Both the position numbers and the translations under genes were made by a program. The notes beneath the pieces are model-generated. The model worked only from the letters and a program-made list of their open reading frames with translations. It ran no database searches and was not told the DNA's origin. A DNA stretch of 64,000 nt from NCBI GenBank assembly GCA_040006915.1, contig JBDTWD010000004.1, positions 1,033 to 65,032 of the forward strand, in the 5' to 3' direction. The first letter of the stretch is position 1, and each line of letters opens with the position of its first letter. Of the stretch, positions 48,677-58,775 are shown piece after piece. This DNA is from Candidatus Woesebacteria bacterium. Lineage in GTDB: Bacteria; Patescibacteriota; Microgenomatia; UBA1400; UBA12028.

Positions 48677-50694
48677 AAAGTCCTTACATCATACACAAAT
48701 ATATGGTCGTTGCCAAAAACCGCATGTTCTTTTTGGGAGAACAGTTCTCGCTCAGCTGGTGTTTGTAACTGCGCCGAGTCAATCAACAGATGTGTGATCC
48801 CATATTCCATTGCTTTCTCTTGTATTGTTTTCACATCGGACTCAGAAAATAGTAATTTAAGATTTTGTTCTTTCTCTTTAAAAGGTTCATTATGCGTTTC
48901 CAATAAGTACTTCCCAGCAAAGTAGCTTTGCTTTCCGGAAAAAGCTGCAATGTAGGTACTTTTACTTTCTAGTGAATTTTCGAGCGAAGCAGCAATTACA
49001 GAGGTGTCAGGGAGTGAACGTAGATAGGTGTACGCCTCCATTTGTTGCGATGAAACCGAGATACTATCTGTTCCATTACTATAGTTTGCAAACATGATCA
49101 CGGTTTCGTACAGAGATCTAGGAAGACAAAAAAGGAGTAAAACAATTCCTAATAGAAAACCTAAAAGCTTATTTTTCTCTATACTTTGAGCGCACAATAG
49201 TGCTGTCGTAACGCATAGGATCGATAGGCTCACAGCGAAGAAATTAAAGACGTTGAACCCTCCACTTACCTGGAGCGTAGTGAAGCCCAAAAGTGTACAT
49301 ACAAACACTGGAATCAAAAAGAAGACACTTCCTTCAATGCCAAAAATTCGGATCGTTTTCTTTGTCAGGATAAAACCAATAGCTCGACTTCCATGTATCG
49401 AGATAAGCCCGATAAGCACAAGTACAATATCGTAGAAAAAAAGCTTTGATGTCTGTTTGGTATATGTTGCTACTTCAATACGATTGACGAGCTCGCTCCA
49501 ATTCATGTTATTGGAATTGATCAGCAATTTTGGCCATTCCAAGGGATACCAGGATAATCCTCCAGCTCCTTTGTTGACCGGAAGGTAAATAGCTGCGATC
49601 ACCAGTGTATATACTAGTCCCAGTAGTCCTAAAGTACCCACATGTCGTCCTAATTTCTTAGGTGATTTTCTTTCTTGAAGAATATATCGAACAAAATCAT
49701 ATATAAATATTCCCATCCAACCAATTGCTAACGCGAATCCAAAATATACCTTTAACCCAATACAAATTGCAGATAGGAACAGAAGCAGAGAAAGTAATGA
49801 CCAGCGTCTATCCTTTCTCCATAGTAAAAAGAGCGATCCAATGACAAAAAAGAACAGTTTCCCAAACGTATGCGGCATATTTAAAAACTGGGTTGCCCCG
49901 TTATCAATAGCTGGATAGGCAAAAGAGAACGTATGGTGAGCAATCCACATAATAATCCAACCACTATCTGATCCAAGCAGTACAAAAAGGAGTGAAAAAA
50001 GAACTGCATTAGTGCGAAATTTTTCAGACTGTGTGAGTGTTAAGAAACGTACAAATTGTGCGACCGCAACTGAGGTCAACAATGAAATGAGTATTGGCCA
50101 CCATTGAAAGAAGAGAAAAGCCGCGGGCGTTTTAAATACCAACGACTGTTCAGAAATAATAAAATCAGACCAGTAATGATAGTTAATGACAGGTTGTCCA
50201 CTACTGCTAGGTTCTTGGGGAGGGAATGTGCGTTTCATCGATTCAATCAGTCCGAGGTGATATACACCGTCATAGGAATTTGCTCTCCAAAACCGCGTTC
50301 CACCTGCAATCGGCAAACCATTTCCAAACATTTGAAGTGATTGCAAGACAACGCCAAGGCAAATAATGATGACAACGCTCTTACTTGTCGACTGTAGCTC
50401 TGCTTTGCATTTCTGGAGAAAGGAAAAGATAAAAAATCTATGTATAAAACTTACAATACAAACGAAAAACAGGTACACAAAAGTAAGCGAGCGCATCCCT
50501 ATCCATCCAAAAATGTATCCCTGCGTTCCAAACAGAGCAATACCGACTACCATTGCGAGTAAAAACTGTAGAGAAGAGGAGCTTTTCAAACGAAGGGCAC
50601 GAACAACCAAGATTCCCGGTAGGAAAAAACACACGATGCTTGAGAAAAAAGTTACAACTGTGTGAAGAGCAAGATAGGAAAGAAGCGGACCCAT
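48673..50694 (-). CDS. GT-C-like multi-pass membrane protein
   Basis: DGVYHLGLI, FPPQEP and YHY motifs; many TM segments; C-terminal soluble domain ending YGITHL. Confidence 0.72.
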   Translation of the reverse strand: MGPLLSYLALHTVVTFFSSIVCFFLPGILVVRALRLKSSSSLQFLLAMVVGIALFGTQGYIFGWIGMRSLTFVYLFFVCIVSFIHRFFIFSFLQKCKAELQSTSKSVVIIICLGVVLQSLQMFGNGLPIAGGTRFWRANSYDGVYHLGLIESMKRTFPPQEPSSSGQPVINYHYWSDFIISEQSLVFKTPAAFLFFQWWPILISLLTSVAVAQFVRFLTLTQSEKFRTNAVLFSLLFVLLGSDSGWIIMWIAHHTFSFAYPAIDNGATQFLNMPHTFGKLFFFVIGSLFLLWRKDRRWSLLSLLLFLSAICIGLKVYFGFALAIGWMGIFIYDFVRYILQERKSPKKLGRHVGTLGLLGLVYTLVIAAIYLPVNKGAGGLSWYPLEWPKLLINSNNMNWSELVNRIEVATYTKQTSKLFFYDIVLVLIGLISIHGSRAIGFILTKKTIRIFGIEGSVFFLIPVFVCTLLGFTTLQVSGGFNVFNFFAVSLSILCVTTALLCAQSIEKNKLLGFLLGIVLLLFCLPRSLYETVIMFANYSNGTDSISVSSQQMEAYTYLRSLPDTSVIAASLENSLESKSTYIAAFSGKQSYFAGKYLLETHNEPFKEKEQNLKLLFSESDVKTIQEKAMEYGITHLLIDSAQLQTPAERELFSQKEHAVFGNDHIFVYDVRTL

Positions 50695-50705
50695 AAAGAC
50701 TCCTT

Positions 50706-51749
50706 CTATTTACGCATGACCATCTCGTACACTGCAAGTGTTTGTTTGGCGGTTTGTTCCCATGTGTATCGGGATGCTTGATCAACCCCCTTTTGGATAA
50801 GTCCTTGCAATTGACGTTCAGGCATGTGAAGCACTTTCATGATTGCAGTAGCGCACTCTTCTTCGTCATGGGGATGAAAATAGACAGCAGCATCTCCAGC
50901 TACTTCAGGAAGAGAACCACCTAAGGAGCACACAACCGGCGTACGGCATTGCATCGCCTCCAAGATAGGCAATCCAAATCCTTCGTATAACGACGGCTGG
51001 ATATATACTGTTGCTCCGGCATATAAAGCGGAGAGCTCCTGGACTGAATTAGTCCCCAGATTGTCGACAAAGTAAACGCGCTTCTCCATTCCGTGGGCCT
51101 TCACGGCACGATCTATCTCTCTGCCTTCAGAGATAGTTGTATCTTTAACATTTTTCCCAACCAGGACTAACGCCAATTTTTCAACTCTACTCATAGCTGA
51201 AATTAAGAATGGGAGGTTTTTATTGTAATTGATATCACCAACATACAGTGCATATTTCTTCGGTAGTTCGTGTTGTTTTCTGACTGAATCGACTATAGCC
51301 TGAGGTGGCTTGCGGATTTCTCCTGAAGCTGCAAGAGGAACAACAGTTATTTTTTCCGATTGAATTTTTAGATGCTCAATGATATCTCGTTTGGAAATTT
51401 GAGAATCGGTAATGACATGTGAAACCCCTCGCAGAGCCAATCGTTGCTTGAAAAATTTAACATTCCCTTTAATTCCTCGAGGATAGTGTTTCGCAAATAC
51501 GAGTGGAATGACATCGTGGATAGTGACAACTGTCGGTTTTGAATGGCGGAGAGGCAGTGTGGAAAAAAATAAGTCAAAGAACGGGTAGTGCACCAAATCT
51601 ATAGAACTCTTTCCTACTTCTTTGGAAGTCACAAATTCATGCGGAGTCGAAAGCAGGCGAAGCGCCTGGATTAATTCTTGGGTGTAGCGGCCTACACCTC
51701 TGATTGCGTTTGCGTTTTCTAATGGGGTTGTATCGATAAGTATCCGCAT
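50706..51749 (-). CDS. Glycosyltransferase family 4 (MtfB-like)
   Basis: RGVGRY, TIHDVIP, NKN and PSLYEGFGLPILEAM motifs; start moved to ATG 51749. Confidence 0.93.
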   Translation of the reverse strand: MRILIDTTPLENANAIRGVGRYTQELIQALRLLSTPHEFVTSKEVGKSSIDLVHYPFFDLFFSTLPLRHSKPTVVTIHDVIPLVFAKHYPRGIKGNVKFFKQRLALRGVSHVITDSQISKRDIIEHLKIQSEKITVVPLAASGEIRKPPQAIVDSVRKQHELPKKYALYVGDINYNKNLPFLISAMSRVEKLALVLVGKNVKDTTISEGREIDRAVKAHGMEKRVYFVDNLGTNSVQELSALYAGATVYIQPSLYEGFGLPILEAMQCRTPVVCSLGGSLPEVAGDAAVYFHPHDEEECATAIMKVLHMPERQLQGLIQKGVDQASRYTWEQTAKQTLAVYEMVMRK

Positions 51750-51848
51750 CTGCATTACTCTATCTTTCTCGCCGTTCATATGCAAGACGCTCTCCCCCTT
51801 CTAAGATCCTAAAGATATGTAATAATCAAAAAAGTCATTCTGAATCAT

Positions 51849-53498
51849 ATGTATAATTTTTTAAAGTCCCATAGACCTCTTCTTACTCTTCTCTTTGTCT
51901 TTTTCATTGCTCTGGTCGTTCGTTTATATGCACTCGGTCAAATGCCACTTCACCTGCATCAAGATGAGATTATGAATGGGTATGTAGGTAGATACATTTT
52001 GCAAAATGGCAAAGATCTCTATGGAAATAAGTGGCCACTGCTGTACTTTGATAACTTTGGTGACTTTCCCAGTGTGATTCCCATGTACCTATCCGGACTG
52101 TTTACGTATGTTTTTGGCATGACCGAGTTTGCAATTCGGTTCCCAATCGCAGTTTTTGGAGCTTTAACTGTTTTCCCATTATATTTCATTATCAAAAAGT
52201 TGACGTACTCCCATACTACCGCGTTAGCCGGTGCTGTTTTTCTGGCCTTTTCCCCATGGCATATTGTACTTTCCCGAGCTACTGCCGAAGCCATACCGGG
52301 ATCAATGCTATTTTTGTGTGGTGTAGCGTTCCTGTTGCAAGCCTTTGAAACGAAAAAAAACTGGCGATACTATAGTGCTTCATTCCTTTTCTTTCTCTCG
52401 ACATATCTTTTTTACCATCCTTTCCGGATTATTGTCCCACTTTTCTTATTGGGAGCTTTTGTTCTCTTTTGGAGAAAAGCTTCAACTAAAATCCTTGCAT
52501 TCATGATGGTTTTCTTTTTCTTACTGACCTTTGGAATTTCTCGCACCCCTTGGGGGCTTGGTCGCTTTAAACAAACCTCAGTGTTCACTTTTAATAGCAC
52601 GACAAACAATAGAATTGATATGTATGCGCGAGATGCGGGACAAAATCATATTTTGGATTTGAAAATCTTTAACAATAAACCCCTCGTGTACGGACGAGAA
52701 ATCATCAGACAGTACTTCTCTTACTTGTCACCAGATTTCTTGTTTACTGATGGCGGACGACCCTATCGATACTTAGTCCCAGATCAAGGACTGGTGCAAA
52801 TTTCTCTCTTAGCAATCGCTGTGTTTGTCGTTGGCTTTGCATTGATCGATCCGTCCCAGTTTCTCAAGCAGCGATGGGACAACTCAAAAGTGTATTTGAT
52901 TAGCTGGCTGGTCCTTATTTCTCCTTTGACAGCCGCTTTGACATTGGACGAAGTTCCTAATGTGCACCGAAGCGCAGTCTTTGGAGTGACGCTTATCTTC
53001 CTTTTTGCATTCATTTATTTTCGATTCCAAGCATTCAAAACTTTTTCAAAGCCACTACTTATTGCGTTCTGGATCGCATTTTCACTAGAAACGGTTTATT
53101 TTTTCCATCAATATATTGTGCTCGCTCCAGCTGCAGAGGCTAGAAGTCGTTACGATGAACGAACTGAATTAGTAAAAAAGATCATCGAAGATAAAGGGAA
53201 ATATTCAGATGTTATCGTCACTCGAGAAGTCTTTTCCATTTACTATTTATTCTATACACACAACTTGGATGCCAATCTGGCAGGGAAATTCAAAACGAAC
53301 CTCGTAATCCCTGAAGTGGATAATCTTCACTTCATCGATAATGATTGTCCTACTCAGGAAAAGACACTTCCTCTCGGACCAAATTCACTCATCATCGATA
53401 TGCAACACTGTATCGTTTCCGATAAATACGAAACTACCAACGCATTCCCCGACAACTCACTCTATCGTACCTATCTCTACTCTCCCAAACAAAAATAA
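51849..53498 (+). CDS. ArnT/PMT-like GT-C glycosyltransferase
   Basis: HQDE..NGY, GKDLYG, FGD, SPWHI..SR and SPDFLF motifs. Confidence 0.9.
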   Translation: MYNFLKSHRPLLTLLFVFFIALVVRLYALGQMPLHLHQDEIMNGYVGRYILQNGKDLYGNKWPLLYFDNFGDFPSVIPMYLSGLFTYVFGMTEFAIRFPIAVFGALTVFPLYFIIKKLTYSHTTALAGAVFLAFSPWHIVLSRATAEAIPGSMLFLCGVAFLLQAFETKKNWRYYSASFLFFLSTYLFYHPFRIIVPLFLLGAFVLFWRKASTKILAFMMVFFFLLTFGISRTPWGLGRFKQTSVFTFNSTTNNRIDMYARDAGQNHILDLKIFNNKPLVYGREIIRQYFSYLSPDFLFTDGGRPYRYLVPDQGLVQISLLAIAVFVVGFALIDPSQFLKQRWDNSKVYLISWLVLISPLTAALTLDEVPNVHRSAVFGVTLIFLFAFIYFRFQAFKTFSKPLLIAFWIAFSLETVYFFHQYIVLAPAAEARSRYDERTELVKKIIEDKGKYSDVIVTREVFSIYYLFYTHNLDANLAGKFKTNLVIPEVDNLHFIDNDCPTQEKTLPLGPNSLIIDMQHCIVSDKYETTNAFPDNSLYRTYLYSPKQK

Positions 53499-53503
53499 GA
53501 GTT

Positions 53504-54361
53504 CTATTTTCTTGTATCCCGTTGTACATACTTCATGTAGGCAATCGGAAAATGCAGCCCACTCATCAGCGCCCAAACGAATCCACTGAATCCATCCATA
53601 AATCCTTTATGACGAAAAAAAAGCAAGAAAAATGTTGTTATCGGCTTTAAGAGAATGTACTGAATAAATGAAAATGCATTTTTTGATATCTTCATTTGTT
53701 GTAGGTTATCTGCAGTCAGACTTGTATAACGATTAGCTCTCCAAAGATAACGAGAGAAAGTTGGATCAGCCATATGAATCATCGCTTCTGATAACCAACT
53801 CACTCCACCCTCTACAACCATCGTTTCATGTACATCTTTACAGGGCCAATAGGCAGTTCCATTTCGTACTAAACGAATGACCCCATCAGGATACACGCCA
53901 GAATGCATGAGGTAATGGCCTAAAAAATAGTTTTTCCGCGCAATAAAATAGCCATTAATCGGCGGAGTATCTGTATACCGTACATGGTCCCGTTGTTCCA
54001 AAAACTGGGTATGTTTGGCAAATTGTTTATTTAAAACAATTTGCCTGTGTTTCCCTTCAACTACTTGTCGAATTTCGGCTGCCAGTTTTTTCGGTATGAT
54101 CTCATCAGCATCTAAGAACAAAATCCATTCTCCTTTGGCATGCTTTTTAGCTTCCTCTTTGTTGAAATGAAACATACGTTTATTGCTCATCGGCAAAATG
54201 AGTGATCCATAGGATTTTGCAATCTCTACCGTCTTGTCTGTGCTTTCTCCATCAGCAATGAGAATTTCATCAACAATATCTTTCACAGATTCAAGACATT
54301 TTCCAATGTTTGCTTCTTCATTATGTGTTGCGATGATGACTGTTAGTTCTATCTTCTTCAT
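53504..54361 (-). CDS. GT2 beta-glycosyltransferase (LgtF/KdtX-like)
   Basis: NEE, ESTD, LDADE, YPD, VHE and GFMDG motifs. Confidence 0.9.
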   Translation of the reverse strand: MKKIELTVIIATHNEEANIGKCLESVKDIVDEILIADGESTDKTVEIAKSYGSLILPMSNKRMFHFNKEEAKKHAKGEWILFLDADEIIPKKLAAEIRQVVEGKHRQIVLNKQFAKHTQFLEQRDHVRYTDTPPINGYFIARKNYFLGHYLMHSGVYPDGVIRLVRNGTAYWPCKDVHETMVVEGGVSWLSEAMIHMADPTFSRYLWRANRYTSLTADNLQQMKISKNAFSFIQYILLKPITTFFLLFFRHKGFMDGFSGFVWALMSGLHFPIAYMKYVQRDTRK

Positions 54362-54365
54362 ACTT

Positions 54366-56006
54366 TTATTCTTTTCTCCAAATCACCCAAATGATGTTTC
54401 GTTCCAGATCTTCAATATTCTTTACGATTGTTCCACCTGCAACTACTTTTGTACCTGAGGTGGCAATAAGTCCTTTTTGATCATCAGACAATGCATCTAT
54501 AAAGTGATAGTCGCCCACTTGCAGCAGTTCGAGTTGGTCCTTAGGTAAGCTTGGTTCGATTCCCTGCAGAGTAGCTGGATCATACTTGGTATAGAAGAGA
54601 TAGTACATCGCTGGCCGCCCTTGTTCCCTAGTAATGTACACTTGTTCATTTTCTTTCTTATTCTCCCCAATCCACTGGTATAGCTCCTTGTAGCCATATT
54701 GCCAGTCACTAGCGGCTTGTACCGGATACACGTTCATATACCAGTTGTGATATCTACCAAAAGAAAAGATATATATGCCACCAACTACACACATCAGTAA
54801 AGCGACGAGCCATTGTTTTTTTATTTTATGAAAGAGATAGACCATTCCGATTGCAGACAGGAGCGCAAAAGTCGGAGCGGCAAACAGAAATCGAAGGGCG
54901 TGGGGAGCAGGGGTAACTAAAGCAGCTGGTAAAGCCGCCAAGGCAATCCAAATAAAGAGCAACCCCATCTTTCTGTTCTTCTTGAAAGAAAGTAGTAATA
55001 CAGAAACGCTCACCAGAATGAAAAACCCATCTATCCAGTACAGTTCTCCGACAATCCCGTTCCAATGTCGATAGTTTCCATCTCCTCGCACGAACAGAAA
55101 GTTCGGTGAAAAGTGCGACACCCACTGTCTAAAGATGATTGCTCCAAAATACCAATAGCGGTGATAGATAATCTTTGCAAAGAAAGAGTTTCCATGGGCT
55201 GCAATTGCAGCATTACTGTCTAGGATGGGTTGCAACTGTGAAAAGATACTTGTATCAGTAAATCGTGAAGAAACTGCTTTGTTGTTTAGATTTAAGACAA
55301 ATGGAGCAACAGAGGCTATTGCAATCAAAAGTGATATCAACACTACACCTATGACTTTTTTTGGTTTTTTGGCGTGCTGTCCTCGATACCAACCATACAG
55401 CAAAAGCATCGCCCCTAGTGCTCCAATAAGAGGAGCAAACAATCGTGCGGCATGATACGTATACATTGAAAGGCTGAAAAAAATCACTGACAGTGGAAGT
55501 ATCCAGGGCTTCCGCCTGGCAGCACACAATAACCACGTACCCATTAAAATGAGCATCATCGCAAAATTCACTTCCCATCCGCCACGAGAAAACTGAATCG
55601 CCCATGGTTGAATCGCAAATAAGAATGATCCTACTAAGCCCACTTTTCCCTCAAACAGTTCTTTCCCAATTAAATACACTAAAAGCACTGAGATGATGCC
55701 TGCAATAGCCGAGGGCAAGCGAACAGTCCAAATGTTCAAGCCAAATACTTTTACGAACGGAACGATTGCATAGAAATATCCACTTGGTTTGTAGTCCCCG
55801 TACGAAGGAAAGGCAATAACGGGAAAAGAGTTACCATGATGATCCTTACCAGTTTTTGCAATCGAATACGCATCGTATCCCAATGCAACCTCTTCCCAAT
55901 ATGGGGATGGAGGAACTTTATCCAATTTATATATACGTAACAATCCAGATAACAATAAAATTATGCAGATGAGTAATTTTGTTTTCGAATTAGTATTTAT
56001 ATTCAT
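54366..56006 (-). CDS. ArnT/PMT-like GT-C glycosyltransferase
   Basis: WEE..GYDAYSI..TGKD, SYGDYK, FSR, SPNFLF and WQYG motifs; start moved to ATG 56006. Confidence 0.9.
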   Translation of the reverse strand: MNINTNSKTKLLICIILLLSGLLRIYKLDKVPPSPYWEEVALGYDAYSIAKTGKDHHGNSFPVIAFPSYGDYKPSGYFYAIVPFVKVFGLNIWTVRLPSAIAGIISVLLVYLIGKELFEGKVGLVGSFLFAIQPWAIQFSRGGWEVNFAMMLILMGTWLLCAARRKPWILPLSVIFFSLSMYTYHAARLFAPLIGALGAMLLLYGWYRGQHAKKPKKVIGVVLISLLIAIASVAPFVLNLNNKAVSSRFTDTSIFSQLQPILDSNAAIAAHGNSFFAKIIYHRYWYFGAIIFRQWVSHFSPNFLFVRGDGNYRHWNGIVGELYWIDGFFILVSVSVLLLSFKKNRKMGLLFIWIALAALPAALVTPAPHALRFLFAAPTFALLSAIGMVYLFHKIKKQWLVALLMCVVGGIYIFSFGRYHNWYMNVYPVQAASDWQYGYKELYQWIGENKKENEQVYITREQGRPAMYYLFYTKYDPATLQGIEPSLPKDQLELLQVGDYHFIDALSDDQKGLIATSGTKVVAGGTIVKNIEDLERNIIWVIWRKE

Positions 56007-56014
56007 ATGCTTGT

Positions 56015-56656
56015 TTAAAATTCGTGTGCAATCGTCGTCCATTCGGGATTTAAGACTAATCCAGACGTTTTAATTAAATCAAATTTTGAAAAACTGAAGA
56101 TTCCGAATTTTTCTTCTTTATATTTTCTTATTTCCTCGAGCAATTCATTCTTTGGTACATTTTGATATCGAACGAAGTTGATCCATCCTACGTATTCATA
56201 GGTCGGTATCCATATTGTAAAATCAGTGCCTTTCTCATTTATCTTAAATCGGATTTGTTCACGCAACTCGTGTAAAGAGAATCCTTTCGGATAAAAACTT
56301 AAGGACGCTGCAGACGTATTTGTACCACTTCCCCTGCAATCAAACTCTAATGATCTGTTTTCTAAGACGGTTTGAAGTTTTCCTATAAGCGTGTGTTCAG
56401 AAGTGGATAACGATATACCTCCTATTATCGTCATATGCAGCCTCTTTTCGGGATAGTAAAAATGATGAGGATCTATAGACTTTAATTTTTTTTGGATGTC
56501 CAAAATAATTGCAACTAATTTACTCTCAGGACGAGCTACTAATGTATAATTCTCCTCGCCTTTAGAATCCTTAAATATTTTCGTGTTTTTAGGATTAACT
56601 TCAGATAATTGTTGAAGACTTGCTTGATGAAAAGTTTGGAAAATATTTGCTTCCAT
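56015..56656 (-). CDS. 2H phosphoesterase (2'-5' RNA ligase-like) fold protein
   Basis: YYP...LHMTI first motif; the second motif position reads WINFVRY. Confidence 0.6.
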   Translation of the reverse strand: MEANIFQTFHQASLQQLSEVNPKNTKIFKDSKGEENYTLVARPESKLVAIILDIQKKLKSIDPHHFYYPEKRLHMTIIGGISLSTSEHTLIGKLQTVLENRSLEFDCRGSGTNTSAASLSFYPKGFSLHELREQIRFKINEKGTDFTIWIPTYEYVGWINFVRYQNVPKNELLEEIRKYKEEKFGIFSFSKFDLIKTSGLVLNPEWTTIAHEF

Positions 56657-56658
56657 AC

Positions 56659-58140
56659 TTATCTTCTGGCTATCCGGAAAGCGATCTTGCCGTCAGGGAA
56701 CTTCACTTCTTTTACAATATTGGCATTGTCTGGAATTTCATCTGCGGTTCCTATGACCAGTACTCTTTCCTTCCCTTGTGATTCTTTCCATGGATTATTA
56801 GCTATCGTGTAATTAGCAAGTCCTCCGTTTTGATATTGCACCGGAGTTAATTTTTTAGCAAACAGAATATAGATATATGCTTGCCCATACACGTTTGTAA
56901 AATAAACTCGATCGACTTCCCCCTCATGTGATCTAACATAGTTCATAACTTCATCATATCCGTATCCCATCTCCTTGAGCGCCGTCTCAGAACTGTACAC
57001 CGTCGCATATATTTGGATATAACTGACAAATGAAATCACGGCAAACAAGCTTACAAACACAGCTACTTTCCATGACTCTACTTTCAATCGGTTGGCCAAC
57101 GCAAACACTCCTATTCCTGCGGTGATTTGCACCCACGGAAGAGCAAGCAGCGCTCTATTACTATGTGGGACGTCTAAACCTAAAGCTGGAGGGATTAGTC
57201 CAATAAAAAATAGAACGGGAATCCACCAGAATTTTCGATATTCTTTCTGCATAACGATTGCAAGAATGCCGAACACAAACAGAATCAGTTCAACCGGATA
57301 TAGTACTCCAACTTGCCTAGTACTATGTCTATAGGTGATATCTCCTCCATACAGTAAGAAGGACGGCGACAAATGGGTAAGATAATGGTTTGCAAATTCG
57401 CTAACCATATTAGGTTTTCCAATGATTGTTGTCGACAAAGCCCGAGAGTTCGCTTTTCCAAAGACACTTGCATATCCTAAAGGCAATAAAATACCTATCG
57501 CTAGAAGCGTACCGATAATTAAAAGCTTCTTATGGCGAAAGAAATCTTTGTAATAGAGCGTACACAAAATGATGGCAGCCAGAGGCACAACAATCTTGGC
57601 GCTATGGTAGGCATATAAAGACAGCGCAAAACAAATATCTCCTACCACCATCCACACAGGTTTTGATCGACCTTTTAACCAACTAAAGATTCCAACTGAA
57701 ACCAAGAACGTCGCAAGCATCGATTCAAATCCCATTCGTGAATAATGGATCGCCCAAGGTGAAACTGCGATCAAAAACATCACAAACAAACTTACGTCTT
57801 TTCTCTTGGTAATTTCCCGAGTTAGAAAAAAACTGGTAATCACAAGGCCCGTTCCAGCCAATGCTATTGGTATTCGTACAGCAAACGGGGTTAAGCCGAA
57901 TATCAACACAGGAATTGTGGTGAGATAAATAAGTAAAGGTGATTTAAAGTCACCGAATGACTGGAATACGATTGGAGTACGTTTAAGCCATTCATCACGA
58001 TGATTTGTGATCAATCCGTACGCGTTGTAGCCAATTGCTGCCTCATCCCAAGTCAAACCAGAGGGAAAACTGCCGAGCTTGATAAACCGCGTAAGAATTG
58101 CTACAACCAAGATAATCAAAAAAAGTATTTTGTACTTCAT
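56659..58140 (-). CDS. ArnT/PMT-like GT-C glycosyltransferase
   Basis: WDE..IGYNAY, SFGDFK, SPW..YSR..FE and PHSNR motifs. Confidence 0.9.
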   Translation of the reverse strand: MKYKILFLIILVVAILTRFIKLGSFPSGLTWDEAAIGYNAYGLITNHRDEWLKRTPIVFQSFGDFKSPLLIYLTTIPVLIFGLTPFAVRIPIALAGTGLVITSFFLTREITKRKDVSLFVMFLIAVSPWAIHYSRMGFESMLATFLVSVGIFSWLKGRSKPVWMVVGDICFALSLYAYHSAKIVVPLAAIILCTLYYKDFFRHKKLLIIGTLLAIGILLPLGYASVFGKANSRALSTTIIGKPNMVSEFANHYLTHLSPSFLLYGGDITYRHSTRQVGVLYPVELILFVFGILAIVMQKEYRKFWWIPVLFFIGLIPPALGLDVPHSNRALLALPWVQITAGIGVFALANRLKVESWKVAVFVSLFAVISFVSYIQIYATVYSSETALKEMGYGYDEVMNYVRSHEGEVDRVYFTNVYGQAYIYILFAKKLTPVQYQNGGLANYTIANNPWKESQGKERVLVIGTADEIPDNANIVKEVKFPDGKIAFRIARR

Positions 58141-58153
58141 AAGGAGTCAATGT

Positions 58154-58756
58154 ATGCAATTTAGTTTACCACCTCTTCCGTTTGATTATGCAGCGCTTGA
58201 GCCACATATAGACACACAGACCATGCAGTTGCACCATGACAAGCACCATCAAACCTATGTAGATAAACTAAACACGGCTCTAGCAATTCATCCAGAACTG
58301 ACAGTTACCACCATTGAGGCACTCCTAGGTACCATTGAAACGGTCCCAGAAGATATTCGTCCGATGGTACGAAATCATGGTGGTGGACACAGCAATCACA
58401 GCATCTTTTGGACTCTACTCTCCCCTACCAAACAAGAACCCACTGCCACCGTTAAGGCCGAGATAGAGAAAGCCTTTACTTCTTGGCAAAGCTTTGTTGA
58501 GAAATTCAATTTAGCTGCAACTGCTCAATTCGGCTCTGGTTGGACGTGGCTGGTTAAAACAAAAGAAGGAAAACTGGAAATTAAATCCTATCCAAACCAA
58601 GATTCACCGTATATGGAAGGGGCACTGCCGCTCTTTGGCATTGATATCTGGGAGCATGCATACTATTTGAAATATCAAAACAAGCGCCCAGAATATATCG
58701 CAGCCTTTTGGAACATCATTAATTGGGCAGAGGTTGAGAAGCGCTGGAACATGTGA
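58154..58756 (+). CDS. sodA: Superoxide dismutase (Mn/Fe family, Mn-type signature)
   Basis: HHDKHH, NHGGGHSNH, FGSGW, NQD and DIWEHAYY motifs; ATG 58154 follows AAGGAG. Confidence 0.96.
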   Translation: MQFSLPPLPFDYAALEPHIDTQTMQLHHDKHHQTYVDKLNTALAIHPELTVTTIEALLGTIETVPEDIRPMVRNHGGGHSNHSIFWTLLSPTKQEPTATVKAEIEKAFTSWQSFVEKFNLAATAQFGSGWTWLVKTKEGKLEIKSYPNQDSPYMEGALPLFGIDIWEHAYYLKYQNKRPEYIAAFWNIINWAEVEKRWNM

Positions 58757-58760
58757 GTTT

Positions 58761-58769
58761 TGATATAAT
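58761..58769 (+). promoter_or_regulatory. Extended -10 box (TGnTATAAT) 6 nt before ATG 58776
   Basis: Exact consensus tgatataat directly upstream of the start codon. Confidence 0.6.
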
Positions 58770-58775
58770 ACCCGA

